The notes beneath the pieces were generated by a model. It searched no databases and was not told where the DNA came from. It saw nothing but the letters and a program-made list of their open reading frames with translations. Made by a program: the position numbers and the translations under genes. A DNA stretch of 62,155 nucleotides, filler included. It is 5 parts of 5 records of this genome, joined end to end, with 100 filler letters (N's around TTAATTAATTAA, not from the genome) between each part and the next. Parts side by side here need not be neighbours in the genome. Positions count along the whole stretch, not along the records: positions 41,035 to 48,116 come from SRR20825019_2921; positions 48,217 to 56,689 come from SRR20825019_2923; 3 more parts are not named here. One strand, 5' to 3'. This document shows, in pieces, positions 41,324 to 52,646 of this stretch (position 1 is the stretch's first letter; every line of letters starts with the position of its first letter).

Positions 41324-44300
41324 ATGGCGAGCGAGCTCCCCCAGCGCCGGGGCTCGACGCTCACCTCCATGAGCGGGATGGGCTCCGTGAGGTCGGAGCG
41401 GAGCGGGTCCGTGGCCGGGATGCAGCTGCTGCCCCAGGCCAGGCGGCAGTCCGTCCTGTCCGCCCCCGAGCCTGCCCCGGCCAAGCAGGAGGACTTAAAG
41501 ATGAAGGTGGGCGGGGCCTGGCATCCCCGGGCGCAACCCCCTTGCTGACTGTGCGGCGCAGGTGTCACTGAAGGACTCGTCCGGGACCGGGGAGATGAAG
41601 ATGAAGCTCGACGTCGCGATCAAGTTCTCGGTCGTGGAGAAGGCCCGGACCCTCCGGCAGGTGAACGGCAAGCTGGTCCACCACAAGGGCAACGTCCCCG
41701 AGCTCAGCTCGGCCAAGCCCGCCGACGCCCGCATCGCGGCGGCGATGGCCCAGGCGCGCCTGGTGGGCTGGGAGGAGGCGCACCTGGAGGGGCTGAAGCG
41801 CGTGTTCGACTCGTTCGACAAGAACGGGGACGGCACGGTGGAGGTGGCCGAGTTCGTGGAGGGCGTGGAGCGGCTCGGGCTGTCGGACGAGCTCGGGAGC
41901 ATGGGAGGATTCTTCACGGGTGAGTACCATGGCGCGGGTGGGCCCCCCCCCGCTGACTCGTCGTGCAGTTGCGGCCGCGCTGGAGATGGACTACGACGGC
42001 AGCGGGACGGTGACCCTGGACGAGGTGATCACGGGGCTCTCCAAGAGCGTCGGCTCCATGGACGGGGAGGCGGACAGCGGGGAAAAGTCGAGGGACCGCG
42101 AGCGGGCGAGGCTGCTGTCCATGCAGTCCTCGCCCAAGGATATCACGGCCGCCCTGGAGACGAACGCCCAGGCCAACATCCTGTACCTCCAGGGGCGCTA
42201 CGACGAGGCGCTGGCGCTGTACAACAAGGCCATCGGGCTGTTTCCCAACAACTTTTCCATCTTTAGAAACCGGCAAAAGTGCATCGCCCACATCCCGGCG
42301 CTCAACAAGTACGTCCGCCGGGTCCACATCAACGACCTCAAGCGCGTCCTCCGCAACTTCCGCGAGGCCATGACCGTGAGCGACTGCAAGAGCCTCCTCC
42401 GCCGCCTGAAATTCATCGACAAGCCCCCGCCTTTCCTCATCCGCGTTTTTGACAATGGTAAGAGCGAGCGAGTCCTGAAACCTGATGCAGTTACTGACCG
42501 AGCCGCCGGCAGGCTCCGGAATCATTGACCAGCGGGAGCTCTGCGCGGGCCTGGGCATCCTGTCCAAGGCCACCCCCGAGGAGCGGATCCGGTTCCTGTT
42601 CGAGGTTTTTGACAGCAACCGGGACGGCGGGATGACCAAGCCGGAGTTTTCCAAGTTCATGGAGACGTACATCAACGGGGTGTGCAAGGGCGTATACGCC
42701 ATCCTCACGCTGCCCCCGACCCACGTGGCCACCCCGCGCGAGGAGAGAGAGAGGAGAATGATGAACATCGAGTCTGTCGACAACGTGTCACGCATGCTGG
42801 AGGACCAGCGAAGGAGAGAAAGGGAGTCGAAGGGGCTGGACACGACCTTCATGACCCCCATGTCCTCGGAGGGCGGCGTGGAGCTGCGGGCGCGGCTCGA
42901 CGCCGGCGAGCCATCCCCCGCCAAGTCGGCCCCCACGCGCCTGGAGGAGCGCCGGGGATCCGAGCCCGTCGACGACCAGGTCTTTGACCTGATCAACAGC
43001 CTCTCGACGGAGACCTACGCCAGGCGAATCAACCTGCAGAACAAGCGGGACAAGTTCCGCAAGCTCAAGGAGATCAAGCACCTCGTCACCCGGACCGACA
43101 AGGAGATCAACGTGAAGCTGCAGCAGGCGGCGGACCGCGTGGCCAAGATGAAGCAGACCATGCTGGACCCGCACGAGCGCGCGGGCCTCAGGGAGAAGAT
43201 CCCGGGCCTCTTTCTCGAGGCGAAAAAGCCCATCCCGAAGGACCAGGCGTACGAGGAGCAGCTGGAGGACCAGAGGCGTCAGGAGGTGGGGGGTGATGCG
43301 TACCCCGTCGCCGCCAAGAAGGTGCAGGGCAGCCGGCGGCGGAGCAGCCTGTTTTCCGTCAGGGACCTGCAGAAGGCGCGGCGGTCCGGCTCGACGTTCA
43401 AGAGGAGGAGAAGCACAAAGGTCGGCCGGTCCGGGACCAATGCCAGCGGCGCGGGGAACGACGACCGGGGGCTCGGCGACATCGCCGGCCTCGGGGAGGA
43501 GAATGGCGAGAGCGAGGAGAGCGAGGAGGAGTACGACGAGGACGGAAATGTGATCAAGAAGATGCCGCGGTACAAGATGACGGAGAAGCGGAGGAAGGAG
43601 CTGGTGGAGAAGGCGACAAGATACGTAGCGGAGCAGAGGCAAAAGGCGCAGAAGCTCGGCGAGGGCGGGATCGCGGCCCAGCGGACCTGGGCCCTGTCCG
43701 GGCGGCTGGAACGGCTGGACAAGGACCTCCGGGGCCTGGGGGACCCGGAGCTGCTGGAGAATTTCATCGAGGAGCTCAGGGTCGGCACCACGGAGCGGGA
43801 GCTGGAGGCCTCCAAAAGGTTCCGCACCGCGGGGCGGAAGGTATGGCGAATCGAACTGACGGGGCGGTCGGGGCTCGCGGTTGCTCAGCTCTTAATTTCT
43901 TTTTTTGACACAGGCCCTGGCCATGCTGGCGTTCCAGAGGCGGCAGAGCTACCGGAGGCGGAGCTCGCAGAAGAGCGTGGAGGACCTTCCCAAAAAGCTC
44001 ATGCAGCAGATCACCGTCAGCCGGAGGAAGGAGATCATAGAGGAGATCGAGCGGCTGCGCAGGATCCTGGACCTGACCGATGGGGAGGTGGAGGAGCTGA
44101 AGGAGGCCCGGGGGCTCAGCCATGGGCTCGAGGAGGAGATGAACCAGCTGGACGAAGAGATGAGCAAGGAGGAGAGGACGCGCGTCCGGGCCGACCGCAG
44201 CACCCTGTACCCGTCCCCGATCCGCCGCGAGGTGTGTGGCATCAAGCCCGTTGTTTGGTTTGCGGTCTGACGTGTAGGCGCGCAGGGATCGCTGTCTGTT

Positions 44301-46994
44301 CACACGGAGAAGACCCAGGACATGATATCGAACCACATCTCCGTCAAGAACGAGTTCCAGATGGACAGCCCCGACTTTGGGGCCGAGGACCCCGGCCTCC
44401 TGGGCCAGTCCCCGAGCTACATTTCCGAGGACGACTCCCGCTCCGTGTCGGTTTCGGTGGTGGAGGAAAACTCCGTCGCCAGCAGCGAGCGGGGGAGCAG
44501 GCGGGGCTCGTTCTCGAGGGAGTCGGCCCTCCCGCCGGCGGCCGAGGGCGGCAAGAACCCGGCCGCCAGGCGCGGCCTGGCCTCGAATCTGGAGCAGGCC
44601 TTTGCGGAGATCAGCTCCGCCGCCGTTTCGGGCCAGGCATCCGCGGACACGGACGGCAAGGGCGAGGCGGGTTTCGCGAGCGCACTCGGCGACTTCATCT
44701 CCGCAAACACAAAGGTGGTCAAGGTCCGCGCCAGGGAGACGATCGACAAGCTCTTTAACAAGCTCGACATCAACGGGGACGGAAAGCTCTCTTTCGACGA
44801 GTTCTACCGCTTCCTCAACCGCGACAAGGTCTGGAAGCAGTTCCACAGGTCCATCGAGAAGGAATTTCTCAGCAGCTCCGTCGCGGACGGGTTGTCCGTA
44901 GAGCAGCTGGTGTTCGGGAGGCTGGGGATGGAGCGGGAGGCCAAGAAAGAGCCGGCCACCGAGGGCAAGGAAATGCCCGCCCCCGGCAAGGGCTTTGTCA
45001 CGCAGCCTTTCTTCCTGACGCAGGGCGGGGAACCGGATGGCCTCTCCAGCCCGGATCTCACGGGCGTGGACCCGACCCCCGCGGAGAGCGATGCGGAGAG
45101 CGAGGGGATCGGGCCGCTGGAAGAGTCGGCCCTCCCCGCCGGGGAGGCCCTGGAGTCGGAGTCCTCCCTGGGCACCCTGGACGGGATGCTGGACAACGAC
45201 CTCATCGCGCGGCCCAAGACATCCAAGATGCTGTCGTTGCTCCGCGCCAACGTCCTCAAGGTCCGGCCCGACGACGACGCCACGCGCAGCAAGCGGTTCG
45301 TGCAGCAGGTCAAGTTTGATCTCTTCCAGGAGGAGGTCCCCTTCGAGCTCGACGGCGAGGTCATCCTCCAGAGCGTCTCGGACGCCCTGCGCGCCAGCAA
45401 CGTGCCGGTACCCTCGGTGGTGTACGAGGCGCTGGCCACGGTCGAGATGGAGGAGCTCTTCTCGTGCCTGTTCTGGTACGTGTTCTGCCGGTTCTACCAG
45501 AAGCATTCCAGGGGGGAGCAGGGGGTGATGATGCAGGCGATGACCAAGACTTACGAGGGCATCACGGCCATGGTTTCCGAGAAGCACCTGCCCCGCTTCA
45601 CCGAGTACATCGCGTACACGCTGTCGGTCGCGGTCATCCAGCAGTTCCACGCCGCCTTCCACGGCTCCCGGCCCCTCTTCACCAGCGCGTGGGCCAAGCA
45701 GGTCCACAAGTTCATACTCGAGGTCTTCAGGTCGAAGGAGTACGACGACGTCAAGCGCCACGTGCTTTTCCCCCTGATCCGGGTCCCCCGGCGGGGCTCC
45801 GAGCCGGTGGTCAAGGAGGACAAGGGCAAGTCATCGCAGCGGCGGCTGGTGTTCTTCGGCAATGTGTACAACGGGGAAGTGTCCGAGCGCGGACACAAGC
45901 ACGGGTACGGCAAGTGCCACTACCTCAAGCAGGGGGTCTACGAGGGCGAGTGGAGGGAGGACGCGCGGCACGGCGTGGGCAAGCACGTGTACCCCAACGA
46001 CGGCGGGACGTACAACGGCAACTGGGCCTACGACAAGCGGGAGGGGCGCGGCACGCTGCGGCTGAGCAACGGGGACGTGTACGACGGCATCTGGAGCGAC
46101 GACGTGCTGAAGAAGGGGAAGGGCCGCATGACGACCACGACCGGCGAGGTGTACACGGGCACCTTCTTCAACGGCAAGAGGTCCGGGCAGGGAGAGTGCC
46201 ACTATGCCAATCGGGACGTCTACCGCGGGGAGTTCCTGGGCGATCTCCGGCACGGGCGGGGGAAGATGAACTACCACAACGGCGACACCTTCGAGGGCAA
46301 GTGGGAGAACGACATGTGGAAGCACGGCAAGGGCCACGTCAAGTACCAGAACGGCGAGGATTACATCGGGGAGTTTGTGGGGTATCAGCGCGACGGCCAG
46401 GGCCGCGTCACCTGCCGCAATGGAGACAACTTCGACGGCCGATGGCTCCAGGACAAGTGGGAGGAGGGGACCGGCACCTTCACCTTTGGCAACGGCGACA
46501 AGTACAGCGGCGAGTTCAGCGGGAACCGGGGGAAGAAGAATTTCAACGTGCCCAGTAAGTATAAATGTTGCCGGGTGGCCCGTGGCCTGTCGGGGCCAGG
46601 ACCTGCGAGATGGGGCTGACTCTTCCGCGTTGCAGAGCGGCACGGGGCCGGCTTCCAGCAGTGGGCCAACGGAGATGTCTATGACGGCGAGTGGAAGAGA
46701 GACAGGCGGCACGGCCGGGGCAAGTTCCGCTGCGTTGCGGAGGCCTCGGAGTACGACGGCGAGTGGCGCAAGGGATTGATGTGCGGGAGCGGGACCATGC
46801 GCTACCACAACATGGACAAGTACGTCGGCTCGTGGTTCAACAACAAGCGCCACGGCCTGGGCACCATTTACGAGTTCGACAAGAAGACCGGGCAGTACAC
46901 CAAGTGGCAGGGGGTGTGGACCAACGGGATTCGTGTCCCCGAGGATCAGTCGGGCAACAGCATCATCCCGCACGAGGTCGAGGTGATCAAGTGA
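41324..46994 (+). CDS. eukaryotic 7-exon gene; 1767-aa protein with EF-hands, TPR, FAM227-like domain and MORN repeats
   Basis: Exons 41324-41506, 41562-41919, 41969-42457, 42513-43840, 43914-44231, 44286-46554 and 46636-46994 total 5304 nt in one frame. All six introns are GT..CAG (49-81 nt) and five have a CTGAC branch site near the 3' end. Confidence 0.8.
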
Positions 46995-47183
46995 TCGGGC
47001 CCGCCGCGCCCCCTGACGGGGCTGCAGTTTGATCACGATGCGATGCCCGCCCCGCCGGAGCGGAGATGTCATTGGCTTGGGATCCCCCACCGCGAGCATT
47101 CACATGGCTGGACCGAGTTGGTCCCGGTTCAGATCCGGGCTGCGGATCTGGTACTGGCGGCAGCAACAGTTTGATCGTGTCTG

Positions 47184-47189
47184 AATAAA
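47184..47189 (+). promoter_or_regulatory. possible polyadenylation signal
   Basis: AATAAA about 190 nt after the stop codon, in GC-rich surroundings. Confidence 0.35.
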
Positions 47190-47665
47190 GGCGACCCCAC
47201 TTCCTCCCCCGGGACCGCTGTTCGATCGCACATTGAAGTCACTAGAAAACGCGACAGTGGATGCCGGTCAGTGAACTACGCATATGAAGTGGCATGCCTC
47301 TGGCCTAGCAGAGCTAGCAAAGAATTTCGGAGGCGCCCACGCCGTTTGCGAAGAATCAATCCCTGGGACCCCACCTGTACCAGAGAAGAGTGTTTGATCG
47401 GATGAGTGATCACCATCTGACCATAGCACCGTACACCGTATGACACTGTTCATTGACACTTCACTATTCATATGCAGAATAACCGTAAGATGTAGTCTAG
47501 AAACACATGTAAGTTGTGATAAGTGCCGCTTCTAATTTTAGCATGCTGGTCCGAGTCAACCCCCAACACCACCACAAGGGCACCACCACCAAAACACCAC
47601 CACCAAGTGGCACCACCACAGTGACATCGCCATCAACATGAACACTATCATAACCTGATAAACAT

Positions 47666-47920
47666 TGGGTATCATCACGACTGGGTGTCATCGCTGGGTG
47701 TCTTCACCGGGTATTATTCCAGGGTTCTTCACTGGGTGTCTTCACTAGGTGTCATAACTGGATATCATCACCGGCTACCAACGATAACCACCACAACTGG
47801 GTATCATCACTGGGTATCATCTCTGTGTATCATCACCGGCTCCTGCTGATAACCACCATCACTGGGTATCATCATGACTGGGTATCACCATGGGTATCAT
47901 CACCGGTTATGATAACAACC
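47666..47920. repeat. degenerate 13-bp minisatellite, consensus TGGGTRTCATCAC
   Basis: About 14 copies in three blocks, each ending in CGG(C/T)T...GATAAC(C/A)ACCA. Confidence 0.8.
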
Positions 47921-48116
47921 ATCGTCAGCAGTGTCGCCATAGTTACCACCCACGTCCCCGGGAACGGGACGACCAAAGTTCGCCCGGCTCACACCGGGCC
48001 GGACTGGCACCAATCACTCAGTTGGTGAGGTGTCCGTCACGTTTTGGGTTGAAGGCATCACCTTGGGAGAGCGACTATGATATGATCACTTGACACTACT
48101 TCAGTGACAGCACTTG

Positions 48117-48216
48117 NNNNNNNNNNNNNNNNNNNNNNNNNNNNNNNNNNNNNNNNNNNNTTAATTAATTAANNNNNNNNNNNNNNNNNNNNNNNNNNNN
48201 NNNNNNNNNNNNNNNN
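48117..48216. other. artificial contig spacer
   Basis: N44-TTAATTAATTAA-N44. Confidence 0.98.
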
Positions 48217-48984
48217 TCGATGGAAGGCCGCATGACGGTCTGCAACATGACCATCGAAGGCGGCGCCCGCGCCGGCCTGATCGCGCCGGACGAAAAGACC
48301 TTCGCCTATGTCAAGGATCGCCCGCGCGCCCCGACCGGCAAGGCCTGGGAGATGGCGCTGGACTATTGGAAGACCCTCAACACCGACGAAGGCGCCCATT
48401 ACGACAAGGTCGTGGTGCTCGACGCCGCAAATCTGCCCCCGATCGTATCCTGGGGCTCCTCGCCCGAAGACGTCATCTCGGTGCAGGGTGCCGTGCCTAA
48501 TCCAGACGACATTGCCGATGAGAACAAGCGCGCCTCCAAGTGGCGGGCGCTGGACTATATGGGACTAAAGCCCGGTACACCCATCACCGACATCAAGCTC
48601 GACCGGGTTTTTATCGGCTCTTGCACCAATGGCCGCATCGAAGATCTGCGGGCCGCAGCCGCCGTCATTGGCGAGCGCAAGGTGGCCGGCCACGTCTCGG
48701 CCATGGTCGTGCCCGGCTCGGGCCTGGTCAAGGCCCAGGCTGAGGCCGAAGGCCTCGACGTCATCTTCAAGACTGCCGGTTTTGAATGGCGCGAGCCGGG
48801 GTGCTCGATGTGCCTGGCGATGAACCCGGACAAGCTGGCGCCAGGCGAGCGCTGCGCCTCCACCTCCAATCGCAACTTCGAGGGTCGACAGGGCTTTAAG
48901 GGCCGCACCCATCTGGTGTCCCCCGCCATGGCCGCTGCGGCTGCCATCGCCGGCCACTTCGTCGACATCCGCGAGTGGCACTAG
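48217..48984 (+). CDS. leuC: 3-isopropylmalate dehydratase large subunit, 5'-truncated
   Basis: [25 protein letters not shown] and [12 protein letters not shown] motifs. Confidence 0.95.
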   Translation, partial: SMEGRMTVCNMTIEGGARAGLIAPDEKTFAYVKDRPRAPTGKAWEMALDYWKTLNTDEGAHYDKVVVLDAANLPPIVSWGSSPEDVISVQGAVPNPDDIADENKRASKWRALDYMGLKPGTPITDIKLDRVFIGSCTNGRIEDLRAAAAVIGERKVAGHVSAMVVPGSGLVKAQAEAEGLDVIFKTAGFEWREPGCSMCLAMNPDKLAPGERCASTSNRNFEGRQGFKGRTHLVSPAMAAAAAIAGHFVDIREWH

Positions 48985-49427
48985 GCAAGACAGACTGGTC
49001 GGGGCTCTACGCCCCGACACTGGATGATTTGGAGGCTCTGGCGAGCGCGGCCCTGGCCGATTTGCCGGAGCCTTTTGCCTCTCTTGCCGCGGACGTTACC
49101 TGCGCGGTTGCCGAATATGCCGAAGACGAGATCCTGCAAGGCTTCGGAATGGAAAGCCCGTTCGAGCTGATGGGACTGTTTTCCGGTGTTGGCCTGACCG
49201 AAGACGGTGCCACACCGCAAACTGGTCAGATGCCCAATACGGTCTATCTCTACCGCCGGGCCATTCTCGACTATTGGGCCGAGAACGACGACAACACGTT
49301 GGGCGAGATCGTCACCCATGTGCTGATCCACGAACTGGGCCACCACTTTGGCTTTTCCGACGAGGAGATGGAAGCCATCGAGGCGGCTGCCGACGCCGAA
49401 GGCGCGCCGGCCTTTTCACCGGACTAA
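48975..49427 (+). CDS. minimal zincin metallopeptidase family protein
   Basis: LYRRAIL and [12 protein letters not shown] (HExxH) motifs. Confidence 0.85.
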   Translation: MALGKTDWSGLYAPTLDDLEALASAALADLPEPFASLAADVTCAVAEYAEDEILQGFGMESPFELMGLFSGVGLTEDGATPQTGQMPNTVYLYRRAILDYWAENDDNTLGEIVTHVLIHELGHHFGFSDEEMEAIEAAADAEGAPAFSPD

Positions 49428-49723
49428 TCGCGCTCGACGAAACTGAACTCGGCCTCATTTCCCCCGGACGGGTCGTCCGAGACCATCAGGGCCAGATTGC
49501 CGTTTTCCAACGCGGTGAACCACTCTTCCCAGCTCACAAGTTCGAAACCACCGATCCGGTCCGGTCCTTCATTGCCGAGCGAATTGAGGCTGTCCTGCCC
49601 GAACGACAATTGCAGCACCGTACGGGTCTTGCTGCCATCGGGTACATCCATCAGCACCGGATTGCCGCCACGGGCAATCACCCATTCGCGAATGGACTCT
49701 CGATCGGTGAGCATCTTGGACAT
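49424..49723 (-). CDS. hypothetical protein (99 aa)
   Basis: MSKMLTDRESIREWVIARGGNP...VSWEEWFTALENGNLAL with a strong AAGGAGGT RBS. Confidence 0.75.
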   Translation of the reverse strand: MSKMLTDRESIREWVIARGGNPVLMDVPDGSKTRTVLQLSFGQDSLNSLGNEGPDRIGGFELVSWEEWFTALENGNLALMVSDDPSGGNEAEFSFVERD

Positions 49724-49752
49724 TGCAACCTCCTTGTCTGGTCTGCTTGAGA

Positions 49753-49777
49753 AAGCATCATTTGCGTGCAAGGTTCC
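49753..49777 (-). promoter_or_regulatory. EcfG/RpoE2-type promoter
   Basis: Minus strand reads GGAACcttgcacgcaaatgatgcTT (GGAAC-N18-TT), about 30 nt upstream of ATG 49723. Confidence 0.55.
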
Positions 49778-49808
49778 TTGATCTGAAACAAGGCAGGCAA
49801 GAGAAGAG

Positions 49809-50408
49809 ATGCGAAAAATCCATGTGCGCCGCTTAATGGCCCTGCTGTTTGCTGCCGTGCTGACGCCCATAGCGAGCACTCTGGCTTGCCAGGTGCCCGA
49901 TGCCGCCCCGATCACGCCATTCGACGGCGACCGCATGACCGGCTTTGACGCAGCCCGAACCAGAGGCCTCGCTGAAGCCCTGCTGTCCGACAATGCGGCC
50001 GACCGGGCACTCGTCTCCACGCTTTTTGCCCCTGGCGAGACCCCGATTTCGCAGCTGCCGGATGGCGATTATCGGTGCCGCACCATCAAGCTGGGCGGCC
50101 TCCTGCCCCTTACGGCCTACGCCTATTTTGCCTGCACGATTTCCAACGACGGCACCCGGATCGAAAAGCTGACCGGGTCGCAGCGCTTCAGCGGTGACCT
50201 CTTGCCCAGCGATGGCGGGGGCCTGCTCTACTGGGGGGCGCTGCACTATGGAGACGAAGCGCCCATGGCCTATGATGCCGACGAGGAACGCAGCCAGGTC
50301 GGCTGCCTCTACAAGGTCAGCGGCAAGCCCGCGCGATACCGCCTGGAACTGCCCTTTCCGCGCTTTGAATCGACCCACGATGTGATCGAATTGGTGCCTG
50401 CGCGCTGA
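49809..50408 (+). CDS. DUF4893-like secreted protein
   Basis: Signal peptide; GDYRCRTIKLGG, EKLTGSQR and RLELPFPRFES motifs. Confidence 0.75.
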   Translation: MRKIHVRRLMALLFAAVLTPIASTLACQVPDAAPITPFDGDRMTGFDAARTRGLAEALLSDNAADRALVSTLFAPGETPISQLPDGDYRCRTIKLGGLLPLTAYAYFACTISNDGTRIEKLTGSQRFSGDLLPSDGGGLLYWGALHYGDEAPMAYDADEERSQVGCLYKVSGKPARYRLELPFPRFESTHDVIELVPAR

Positions 50409-50469
50409 CAGCCCCTTGCGCCGGCCGGTGGCGCTGCTATGGAGCCATACGAACAATAAGAGAAGGCCG

Positions 50470-51006
50470 ATGGCAGACACTTCATCCCGCATTCTGATGG
50501 GCACGATCGGCGCCGCACATGGCATCAAGGGCGAGGTGCGCATCGCCTCGCACACCCAGGATCCAGGGGCCATCGCCGATTATGGTCCGTTTGAAACCAA
50601 CCGGCCGGGGTTGGTCATCACCATTGAATCGGCGCGGCTGCAGAAGACCGTGCTGATTGCCCGCATCAAGGGCGTGCGCGACCGCAATGAGGCCGAATTG
50701 CTCAATGGCGTCGAGCTTTATGTCGAGCGCAGCCGCCTGCCGGAAATCGAGGATGAGGACGATTTCTACCACGCTGACCTGATCGGGCTCGATGCCCGCT
50801 TGGACAATGGCGTGTCCATCGGGGTGGTCAGCGCCATCTATGATCACGGCGCCGGAGACATCCTGGAGGTGCGGGATGAACGATCGGGCGACAGTTTCCT
50901 CTATCCCTTCACCAAGGCCGTCGTCCCCCTCATCCGCATTGCCGACGGCTATCTGGTCATCTCCCCGCCGCTGGACGCCGAGCCTGGCGAGGAAGAGCCG
51001 GACTGA
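50470..51006 (+). CDS. rimM: ribosome maturation factor RimM
   Basis: [21 protein letters not shown] and GAGDILEV motifs. Confidence 0.95.
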   Translation: MADTSSRILMGTIGAAHGIKGEVRIASHTQDPGAIADYGPFETNRPGLVITIESARLQKTVLIARIKGVRDRNEAELLNGVELYVERSRLPEIEDEDDFYHADLIGLDARLDNGVSIGVVSAIYDHGAGDILEVRDERSGDSFLYPFTKAVVPLIRIADGYLVISPPLDAEPGEEEPD

Positions 51007-51695
51007 TGTTCTCAGCCGACATCATTACCCTGTTTCCCGACCTGTTCCCCGGGCCCCTCGGCGCCTCTGTTTTGGGGCGCGGGCTCAATGACGGCCTGTG
51101 GACCTTGCAGGCCACCCAACTGCGTGATTTTGCCACCGATCGGCATCGCACCGTGGACGACACGCCGTCGGGCGGCGGCGCCGGCATGGTGCTCAAGCCG
51201 GACATTCTGGCAAAGGCCATCGACACCATCGCCCCGCCAGGTGACCCGCGACCCCGCATCCTGATGTCGCCGCGCGGCACCCCGCTGACCCAGACCCGCG
51301 CCCACGAGCTGGCAATGGGACCAGGCGCAATCATTGTCTGCGGCCGTTTTGAAGGGGTGGATCAGCGCGTCATCGAGGCCCGCAACCTCGAGGAAATCTC
51401 CATCGGCGATTATGTGCTGGCCGGCGGCGAAGTGGCCGCCATGGTGCTGCTCGAAGCGGTCGTGCGGCTCATTCCCGGCGTCCTGGGAGCATTGGACAGC
51501 CGCGACGAGGAGAGCTTTGAAAACGGCCTGCTCGAATATCCGCAATATACAAGACCGCAGAGTTTCGAGGGCCGGGACATACCCCCGGTACTGACCTCGG
51601 GCGATCACGGCAGAATAGCCAAGTGGCGGCATGAGCAATCCCTGGCGCTGACCGGAGCGCGCAGGCCGGACCTGCTGCCCACCAAAGCGCGCTGA
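51006..51695 (+). CDS. trmD: tRNA (m1G37) methyltransferase
   Basis: [22 protein letters not shown] and SIGDYVL motifs. Confidence 0.95.
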   Translation: MFSADIITLFPDLFPGPLGASVLGRGLNDGLWTLQATQLRDFATDRHRTVDDTPSGGGAGMVLKPDILAKAIDTIAPPGDPRPRILMSPRGTPLTQTRAHELAMGPGAIIVCGRFEGVDQRVIEARNLEEISIGDYVLAGGEVAAMVLLEAVVRLIPGVLGALDSRDEESFENGLLEYPQYTRPQSFEGRDIPPVLTSGDHGRIAKWRHEQSLALTGARRPDLLPTKAR

Positions 51696-51885
51696 AACCG
51701 GCATAGGCACTGGACTCTTGCCCCATTTTCCCCTATGAGCCGCCCATTCGTGTGCCAGGCGTATCGGACCGGCACGCAGCAAGACCAAGAAGACTGCCCT
51801 TCCGTTACCAACCAAGACCGGACGACGGGGCCGCAAAGGCCCGCCAAAGAGTCGTCCCTACGAAAAGATCAGAACGGATCGAAAA

Positions 51886-52446
51886 ATGAACATTATCGAA
51901 CAGATCGAGGCCGAACAGGTCGCGGCACTCGCCACCCAGCGCGAGCATCCCGAATTCACCCATGGCGATACCGTCAAGGTGTGGGTCAAGATCCGCGAAG
52001 GCGACAAGGAACGCCTGCAGGCCTATGAAGGCGTCGTGATTGCCCGCTCCGGCGGCGGCATCATGGAAAGCTTCACCGTCCGCAAGATTTCCTATGGCGA
52101 AGGCGTGGAACGCGTGTTCCCGATCTACTCGCCCAATATCGCTTCGATCGAAGTGATCAAGCGCGGTAAGGTCCGTCGCGCCAAGCTATACTACCTGCGT
52201 GATCGTCGCGGTAAGTCGGCCCGTATTTTCGAATCGACCAATTCGCGCACCAAGAAGATCCAGGACGCCGAGCGCACTGCCGCCGTGGCTGCCAAGGAAG
52301 CCCGCGAAGCCGAGAAGATCGCCGCTGCCGAGGCCTTCGCCGCTGAACAGGCTGCCAAGGACGCCGAGGCCGCGGCCGCTGCTGCCGCCGCCGAACAGGA
52401 AGCCGCGGCTGCCGCGGCCGCTGAAGGCGACGCCAAGAGCGAATAA
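51886..52446 (+). CDS. rplS: 50S ribosomal protein L19 with an Ala/Glu-rich tail
   Basis: [24 protein letters not shown] and [11 protein letters not shown] motifs. Confidence 0.96.
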   Translation: MNIIEQIEAEQVAALATQREHPEFTHGDTVKVWVKIREGDKERLQAYEGVVIARSGGGIMESFTVRKISYGEGVERVFPIYSPNIASIEVIKRGKVRRAKLYYLRDRRGKSARIFESTNSRTKKIQDAERTAAVAAKEAREAEKIAAAEAFAAEQAAKDAEAAAAAAAAEQEAAAAAAAEGDAKSE

Positions 52447-52469
52447 GAGCTTTCGCTCTTTGAGAATTG

Positions 52470-52499
52470 AAAAGCCCGGCCATTGTGCCGGGCTTTTTT
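52470..52499 (+). terminator. intrinsic terminator after rplS
   Basis: AAAAGCCCGGC-cattgt-GCCGGGCTTTTTT. Confidence 0.85.
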
Positions 52500-52646
52500 G
52501 CTGGCACACGGCACTATTGCCAAGGCGATTCACGTGAAACGCTGCTGACAGGTCCTGTCGCGCCAGCGCCATTTCCGGCTTTACCCCCGCTCTCCCCTTG
52601 GCGATAACAGGGCCCACCTGCCAATGCCCGATTCTCCGGACGCCCA

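Noticed and set aside
43841..44758. C-terminal part of ORF 42485-44758
   Set aside because: It is read-through of intron 4 into a G/P/R-rich wrong frame; splicing restores the coherent frame.
41495..47099. Long minus-strand ORFs (e.g. 43776-45761, 45831-47099, 41914-42996)
   Set aside because: They are antisense shadows of the high-GC3 plus-strand gene and show no motifs.
47240..47260. CACTA-like transposon end
   Set aside because: Only a 5-bp match, with no partner TIR or transposase visible.
47666..47920. Possible CRISPR array
   Set aside because: Units are 13 bp, degenerate and adjacent, with no unique spacers and no cas genes, in a eukaryotic contig.
41035..48116. Horizontal transfer of a eukaryotic gene into bacteria
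   Set aside because: The segment is bounded by artificial spacers and retains spliceosomal introns, so it is a separate contig.
52260..52446. Ala/Glu-rich L19 extension as a novelty
   Set aside because: Similar tails are familiar in rhizobial L19 proteins.
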